NCBI GenBank assembly: GCA_026387845.1
Contig: JAPLKX010000254.1
Span: 1-34,244, forward strand
DNA: 34,244 bases
Direction of reading: 5' to 3'
Origin: Candidatus Hydrogenedentota bacterium
GTDB lineage: Bacteria; Hydrogenedentota; Hydrogenedentia; Hydrogenedentales; SLHB01
Below are positions 8,453-12,436 of the stretch, piece after piece. The position numbers and the translations under genes are program-made. The notes below the pieces were generated by a model. It was given only the letters and a program-made list of their open reading frames with translations, was not told the origin of the DNA and did not search any database. The first letter of the stretch is position 1; every line of letters begins with the position of its first letter.

Positions 8453-8979
8453 GGCTGTATCATCTCCCTGAGCAATCGGCGGGCATGGTGCAACTGGGCT
8501 TTTGATGTTCCCACGGCCACGCCCAACTGCTCGGCAATTTCTTCGTGGCGGCACCCTTCAACGTCATGCAGAACGAACACGGCCCGGGCCCCTGCCGGCA
8601 ACGTGCTGATGGCTTCTTGAAGATCGAGTCGGAGGGTTGGGTCGAATTGCACGGACCGCGCCGGGGCGTTGGACTCACAAGCGGCGCGCCGCAGTTCGGT
8701 TCTGTACCGTGCGGCAACGGCGTTGACGGCGATTCTGAACAGCCAGGAGCCGAACGAGCTGTCGCCGCGGAACCCACCCAGGTTCCGCCACGCCCGGATG
8801 AAGGTTTCCTGGGTGAGGTCTTCGGCCGCGGCCGCGTTGCCCGTGAGGCGCAGGCAAAGACCGTGGACCCGCCCCGAGTGCATGCGGTAAAGCGATTCAA
8901 ATGAAGTGAGGCAGCCGGATTGTGCAGAAGTTACGAGCGCGTTCTCGTCTACGGCCGGTTCTGTCATGATGGCTGCCAC
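8449..8979 (-). CDS. ECF (sigma-70 group 4) RNA polymerase sigma factor
   Basis: Region 2 DLTQETFIRAWRNLGGFR and FGSWLFRIAVNAV. Region 4 HEEIAEQLGVAVGTSKAQLHHARRLLRE. GTG start at 8979 has AAGGGGA 8 nt upstream; the alternative ATG is at 8967. Confidence 0.9.
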   Translation of the reverse strand: MAAIMTEPAVDENALVTSAQSGCLTSFESLYRMHSGRVHGLCLRLTGNAAAAEDLTQETFIRAWRNLGGFRGDSSFGSWLFRIAVNAVAARYRTELRRAACESNAPARSVQFDPTLRLDLQEAISTLPAGARAVFVLHDVEGCRHEEIAEQLGVAVGTSKAQLHHARRLLREMIQP

Positions 8980-9189
8980 GTCCGCTGTCCCCTTATTCTT
9001 AACCTTTTAGATGCCGCCGAAGGCAAAAAGGTTTGAGCGGGGAAAAAGAATGAGGGACATTGTACAGGAAACCCGTTGGGACGCCCGCCGCCCGCGCCGC
9101 AACACCCCTCGCCGGGCTCCAACACGGACGATACCGTAACCCAAATCAGCCTTGACATAACACGCCCTCGCTTCTCAACCACGCCATCA

Positions 9190-9255
9190 ACGTCCGCACC
9201 AACACCCTCTGTTTTATATAGCCTTCTTGGTGCACTTTTTGACCAGAAAAGGCGG
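9190..9255 (+). repeat. copy A of a ~65-bp imperfect direct repeat
   Basis: ACGTCCGCACCAACACCCTCTGTTTTATATAGCCTTCTTGGTGCACTTTTTGACCAGAAAAGGCGG aligns without gaps to 10102-10167 with about 9 mismatches. Confidence 0.8.
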
Positions 9256-9439
9256 GCAAACCCTGGCTGGAATTGCGAAACAAGGGGGATTCAGTTGACA
9301 CAATTGGCAATATAGATAGGTATTCTACAAAATTATGGTCAAAAGGTCTGGCAGAAAATTATTTTGGCGACAGATGCCGGAGACGGGAAGATGAGGGATC
9401 GAGGGAGGAAGAAATCTTGCAAGTGAGGCTTCCGGGGAC

Positions 9440-9901
9440 CTATTTTGGGTGTGATGTTCGCAGTACGGCGAGGGCTTCGGCGAGCGCCCTCTTCCTGAAC
9501 TGTTGCAAAAAATGCAACAGTTGACTCCCGGTCGACTTCACCCGGTAGCCGACCGAGATGATCGCATCGAGGTTGTAGAAGGAAGTCTGGTAGACCTTGC
9601 CGTCCTCGGCAGTATGTGCAAATTTTGCACATACTGCCTCGCGGTCCAACTCCCCTTCTTTCAACACGTTGCGCAGATGTTTGGTGATGACGCTCCGCTC
9701 CGTGTCGAAAAGCGCCGCCATCTGCTTCTGCGTGAGCCAAACCGTGTCCCTCTCCAATCGCACATCGAGCGAGACTTGGCCGTCCGGCGCGTGATAGAGC
9801 ACAATGGCGCTTCCGCCATATCCGGCGGTTTCCTCACGCACCATCCGGTTTTCCACGCACGCTTTGCTTTTGGCCTTCATCTTTCGCCCATCCTTTGCCA
9901 T
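9440..9901 (-). pseudogene. RhuM-family (virulence/Fic-associated) protein, N-terminal fragment only
   Basis: IVLYHAPDGQVSLDVRLERDTVWLTQKQMAALFDTERSVITKHLRNVLKEGELDREAVCAKFAHTAEDGKVYQTSFYNLDAIISVGYRVKS follows the conserved RhuM N-terminal pattern. It then diverges and stops ~35 aa later, at a CTGTTGCA-N5-TGCAACAG hairpin (9500-9521). Start codon uncertain. Confidence 0.6.
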
Positions 9902-10101
9902 CTTACAATTCTCCCTCGAATTGCCAGCGTAGAAAGCCAGCCGGAAGGTAGTATGGCGACCTTTTCCGTCCGCGGCAACCCGTGCCTTTCTGCAAGAGTT
10001 CTCCGCAAATGGCCGCATGTTCTCGTAGGTCATTTAACTGGCGAGAAATGCGCAGTCTTGAAGTCATAATTTGTGACTTCAAGTCCCTGGTGCTGCCGCC
10101 G

Positions 10102-10167
10102 ACGCCCGCACCAACACCCTTTGTTTTATATAGGCTTCTTGTTGCACGTTTTGAGCAGGAGAGGCGA
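10102..10167 (+). repeat. copy B of the ~65-bp direct repeat
   Basis: ACGCCCGCACCAACACCCTTTGTTTTATATAGGCTTCTTGTTGCACGTTTTGAGCAGGAGAGGCGA. Same orientation as copy A. The two copies bracket the RhuM fragment. Confidence 0.8.
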
Positions 10168-10278
10168 AGAACACCTCTTGCTTGTTGTTTCCCCGCTGCG
10201 TGACATGGTGCGATGCACCAGGGACGACTATGCGCGCCAGTCGCCCCGCCTCATGTCAATATAAACGGTGACTGTCCC

Positions 10279-10512
10279 GAATGGCACTGACTTAAGCTCA
10301 ACCCGTTTCCGGTAAATAGCTTGTGCATGAGTCCATCTGTTCTGGGCCTCACGATGCAGGAACCTGTCATCATGCACGTGAAAAAGCCCGTTTCTATTAC
10401 GTCTTACGTACGACACTTGGCGAGGTTGCTCTTCGGGTAGCTGGATACTAACCACATCGTTTCAGTGCAAGTCTTTTTCTATGAGTAGGTTGCGGTTAAG
10501 TCAGTGCCATTC
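10279..10512. mobile_element. 234-bp MITE-like non-autonomous element with perfect 17-bp terminal inverted repeats and 11-bp target-site duplication
   Basis: TIR-L GAATGGCACTGACTTAA (10279-10295). TIR-R TTAAGTCAGTGCCATTC (10496-10512) is its exact reverse complement. The TIR extends to 25 bp with 2 mismatches. Identical GTGACTGTCCC lies immediately outside both ends (10268-10278 and 10513-10523). Confidence 0.6.
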
Positions 10513-10719
10513 GTGACTGTCCCCATTTACCGCCATTTACCGGTCCCCATTTACCGATTTACCGAACCTTGGCATTTGTTCCGTTACCTGAACGAGCATT
10601 GTTTCCGGTTCAACAGCCGCAAGATGACTGATTCTGATCGGTTTCAGATGCTTCTTGGAATGATTAGCGGGAAGCGCTTGACCTATGCTACACTAACGAA
10701 TGAGACACCAGCTTACTAA
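10504..10719 (+). pseudogene. C-terminal remnant of an IS1595-family (ISXO2-like) transposase
   Basis: PWHLFRYLNEHCFRFNSRKMTDSDRFQMLLGMISGKRLTYATL matches the typical IS1595 transposase tail pattern (HLxRYLxEFxFRFNxR...RF...L...RLTYxxL). Only about 50 aa are recognisable. The N-terminal part of the ORF is MITE/TSD/tandem-repeat sequence. Confidence 0.55.
10523..10564 (+). repeat. short tandem repeat of CCATTTACCG
   Basis: CCATTTACCG at 10523-10532, 10533-10542 and 10547-10556, plus a partial ATTTACCG at 10557-10564. Confidence 0.8.
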
Positions 10720-10753
10720 ATACCCTTCGGACCCCCGAAGAGGGGTAGGCATA

Positions 10754-10897
10754 ATGGAAGAAAAAGACGAGAACAAGGGAAGTGATTCCCCGTTCGACAA
10801 GTTTAAGAATTTGAGCAAGCGCCTTGTGCATGTGCCCAAGAAGGAAGTAGACCGCAAGGAAAAAGCACAGCGGGCAAAGAAACGCTTTGCGAAATAG
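10754..10897 (+). CDS. small lysine-rich hypothetical protein (47 aa); coding status uncertain
   Basis: ATG at 10754 with GAGGGG about 9 nt upstream. MEEKDENKGSDSPFDKFKNLSKRLVHVPKKEVDRKEKAQRAKKRFAK. TAG stop. No recognisable domain. Confidence 0.3.
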   Translation: MEEKDENKGSDSPFDKFKNLSKRLVHVPKKEVDRKEKAQRAKKRFAK

Positions 10898-10902
10898 AAT
10901 TG

Positions 10903-10973
10903 TGCCCCCGGCGGGGTTCGGACCCGCATGATCGGTTTTAAAGACCGACATCCTTCCGGTAGATGACGGGGGC
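10903..10973 (-). tRNA. tRNA with anticodon UUA (ochre-suppressor type; Lys/Gln/Tyr-derived origin not determinable); atypical T-loop
   Basis: Minus-strand cloverleaf: GCCCCCG-UC-AUCU-ACCGGAA-GGAU-G-UCGGU-CUUUAAA-ACCGA-UCAU-GCGGG-UCCGAAC-CCCGC-CGGGGGC-A. Seven-bp all-Watson-Crick acceptor stem, U8 and GG in the D-loop. Perfect 5-bp anticodon stem with a 7-nt loop having U33 and A37, so positions 34-36 are UUA. Oddities: a 4-nt variable loop, C instead of U at position 55, and no encoded CCA. Confidence 0.6.
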
Positions 10974-11130
10974 ATGATAAGGTGGGGCTCGCCTCGCCAA
11001 TGCTACGACAGGGCAACTATCGTAGCACGACTGTTAGCTCCACCAGTGGGCAAGCCCGCTTGACGCTGGTGGAGCTTCTGCTGATAAGGCGTGGTATTGC
11101 ATACCAGCATCCTTTCCGGTTATCACCAAA

Positions 11131-11817
11131 TCACCGCGATTCGGTGCTAGTGCCTTTAGGCCCGGACTTAGCCAAGCACCAAAGCCCGTTCTTGTTCTTT
11201 GCAAACACATCCGGCTCTCGCTTTAGCAGAGTCCTGAGCGTATTTTTGTTGCTTATGTTTCCACCGCGCTCCCGGATTTCCGTACAAAGTGTGCTTAGGC
11301 TCATTGGTGTTTGTTTGTCGGCGAGTATCTCGGCAACGTATGCGGTAACTTTCTTGGCGGGGTGAAAACGATCTACTTTTGCTTTCTCGACTGTCACAAG
11401 AGTCAGGTTTTGTTGCTGTATGTCACCTTTTCTAAATACGACTTTGCCATTATCTTTCTTAATGAGCCTGATGACGCCCTTTTCCGAAAGACGTGTTGCC
11501 GCTTTGTAGAAATTTGGATATTCACTACGCGGGTTAGTAATCTTTCGTCCGCCTTCTTGGGCAGCTTTGATTATTTCAATCAATGACCATTCGCTGGAAG
11601 AACTGTTAACGACAGCCTGCACGATTTCGCTAGGTCCTATATTTTCGTAAGGGTTTATAGCGGGAATGGTTGCTTGCTTCTCTCGTCTCAGAAGCGCTTC
11701 CACCTTTTCAATAGCCGCAATAACCTCTGTAAGACGAGCTATTTCCTTTCTGTGGCCCTCTATCTCATTCTCAAGATTAGCCTTAAGGCTCTTTAGCTCT
11801 TGAATTGAGTCAGACAT
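11131..11817 (-). CDS. coiled-coil protein with two winged-helix regions, the C-terminal one HARE-HTH-like
   Basis: ATG at 11817 preceded by AAGGAGAA; TGA stop. N-terminal heptad-rich segment SIQELKSLKANLENEIEGHRKEIARLTEVIAAIEKVEALLRREK. C-terminal VTAYVAEILADKQTPMSLSTLCTEIRERGGNISNKNTLRTLLKREPDVFAKNKNGLWCLA follows the HARE-HTH pattern (ILxxxxxPMxxxEL ... F.....G.W.L). Low-GC gene. Confidence 0.7.
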   Translation of the reverse strand: MSDSIQELKSLKANLENEIEGHRKEIARLTEVIAAIEKVEALLRREKQATIPAINPYENIGPSEIVQAVVNSSSSEWSLIEIIKAAQEGGRKITNPRSEYPNFYKAATRLSEKGVIRLIKKDNGKVVFRKGDIQQQNLTLVTVEKAKVDRFHPAKKVTAYVAEILADKQTPMSLSTLCTEIRERGGNISNKNTLRTLLKREPDVFAKNKNGLWCLAKSGPKGTSTESR

Positions 11818-11901
11818 GACTATTTTCTCCTTAGCAAGATGCAGCTTGTAGGTTTTATGTTGACAAATGTTGTCATATGTGGTACCTTTAATTAAAGAAA
11901 A

Positions 11902-11974
11902 TGGCCGACCGGGGATTCGAACCCCGAACTAACGATTCGCAGAAACGTCGTTCTATCCATTGAACTAGTCGGCC
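11902..11974 (-). tRNA. tRNA with non-canonical anticodon arm (nominal anticodon UGC; isotype uncertain)
   Basis: GGCCGAC-UA-GUUC-AAUGGAUA-GAAC-G-ACGUU-UCUGCGA-AUCGU-UAGUU-CGGGG-UUCGAAU-CCCCG-GUCGGCC-A (73 nt). Canonical acceptor, D and T arms, with a UUCGAAU T-loop. The anticodon stem has a U-U mismatch and the loop has C at position 33. There is no G3:U70, so it is not a standard tRNA-Ala. The sub-string CUGCGAA resembles Arg(ACG)-type loops (CUACGAA), but that register does not pair. No encoded CCA; a TTTTCTTT tract follows. Confidence 0.7.
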
Positions 11975-11978
11975 TTCT

Positions 11979-12008
11979 GGGCACTCAGAGTGTCACCTCT
12001 GAGTGCCC
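11979..12008. other. perfect 12-bp-stem hairpin 4 nt upstream of the tRNA 5' end
   Basis: GGGCACTCAGAG (11979-11990), loop TGTCAC, CTCTGAGTGCCC (11997-12008), followed on the plus strand by TTCTATTT. May insulate the tRNA from the divergent promoter region. Confidence 0.5.
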
Positions 12009-12076
12009 TTCTATTTAAGATCGTACCACACGCCGCACAGCTTTGTCAATCGAAAAGTGAACGCCCCGCCATGTTT

Positions 12077-12172
12077 AAACTTGGCCGCTAGACAAACGCT
12101 AGACAGCCCCTTGACAAGGTGTACACCTGTTATGCATGTTGTACATGTACTTATTGCACACAAATGCCATTC
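12077..12172 (+). promoter_or_regulatory. candidate promoter/operator cluster upstream of the large methyltransferase-fusion gene
   Basis: Direct repeats GCTAGACA at 12077-12084 and 12088-12095 (11-bp period). TTGACA at 12101-12106. 10-bp palindromes GGTGTACACC (12108-12117) and GTACATGTAC (12131-12140) share a GTACA core. Possible sigma-70 promoter TTGCAC (12144-12149), 17-nt spacer, TGATAT (12167-12172). All are pattern matches only. Confidence 0.35.
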
Positions 12173-12436
12173 CTGATGATATTTTCAGATGACGAAATGG
12201 TGCCCCCCCTTCCCCTTGCTCTAACCAAAATGTACCACTACCAAGAAATGGTCCCGTTTTTCGCTCGACATGCCCCTCTTGATGAGTCAAGTATATTATC
12301 GCCGAAATAAGAGTGGGGTGGCCGAATCTCGTAGTCTGTCCGGGAGTTGCCCGGAATTGCCCACGAGAGAATAAGGGGGATTTTCGAAGGGTCGGCGATT
12401 TCGTGTATTGTAGTGGTTGGACTTAGGGGTAAGGAT

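Noticed and set aside
9273-9524. 83-aa plus-strand ORF in the island's left part
   Set aside because: It has no RBS and no motif, and it overlaps the RhuM-fragment 3' end in antisense. It is probably non-coding island debris.
10228-10455. 75-aa minus-strand ORF inside the MITE-like element
   Set aside because: It has no RBS and no motif, and it spans the TIR. Non-autonomous elements of this size rarely encode proteins.
10523-10564. A CRISPR array (also considered for 27816-27860)
   Set aside because: The units are only 8-10 bp, they are directly abutting or separated by only 4 nt with no unique spacers, and no cas genes are present. These are simple tandem repeats.
10903-10973. Reading the tRNA-like locus on the plus strand as tRNA-Leu (anticodon UAA)
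   Set aside because: On the plus strand only one nucleotide separates the acceptor and D stems, and four extra nucleotides lie between the D and anticodon stems. The T-arm position has a 4-bp stem with a 9-nt loop and lacks the TTCRA motif. The long variable arm required of Leu tRNAs is absent. The minus-strand fold is far better.
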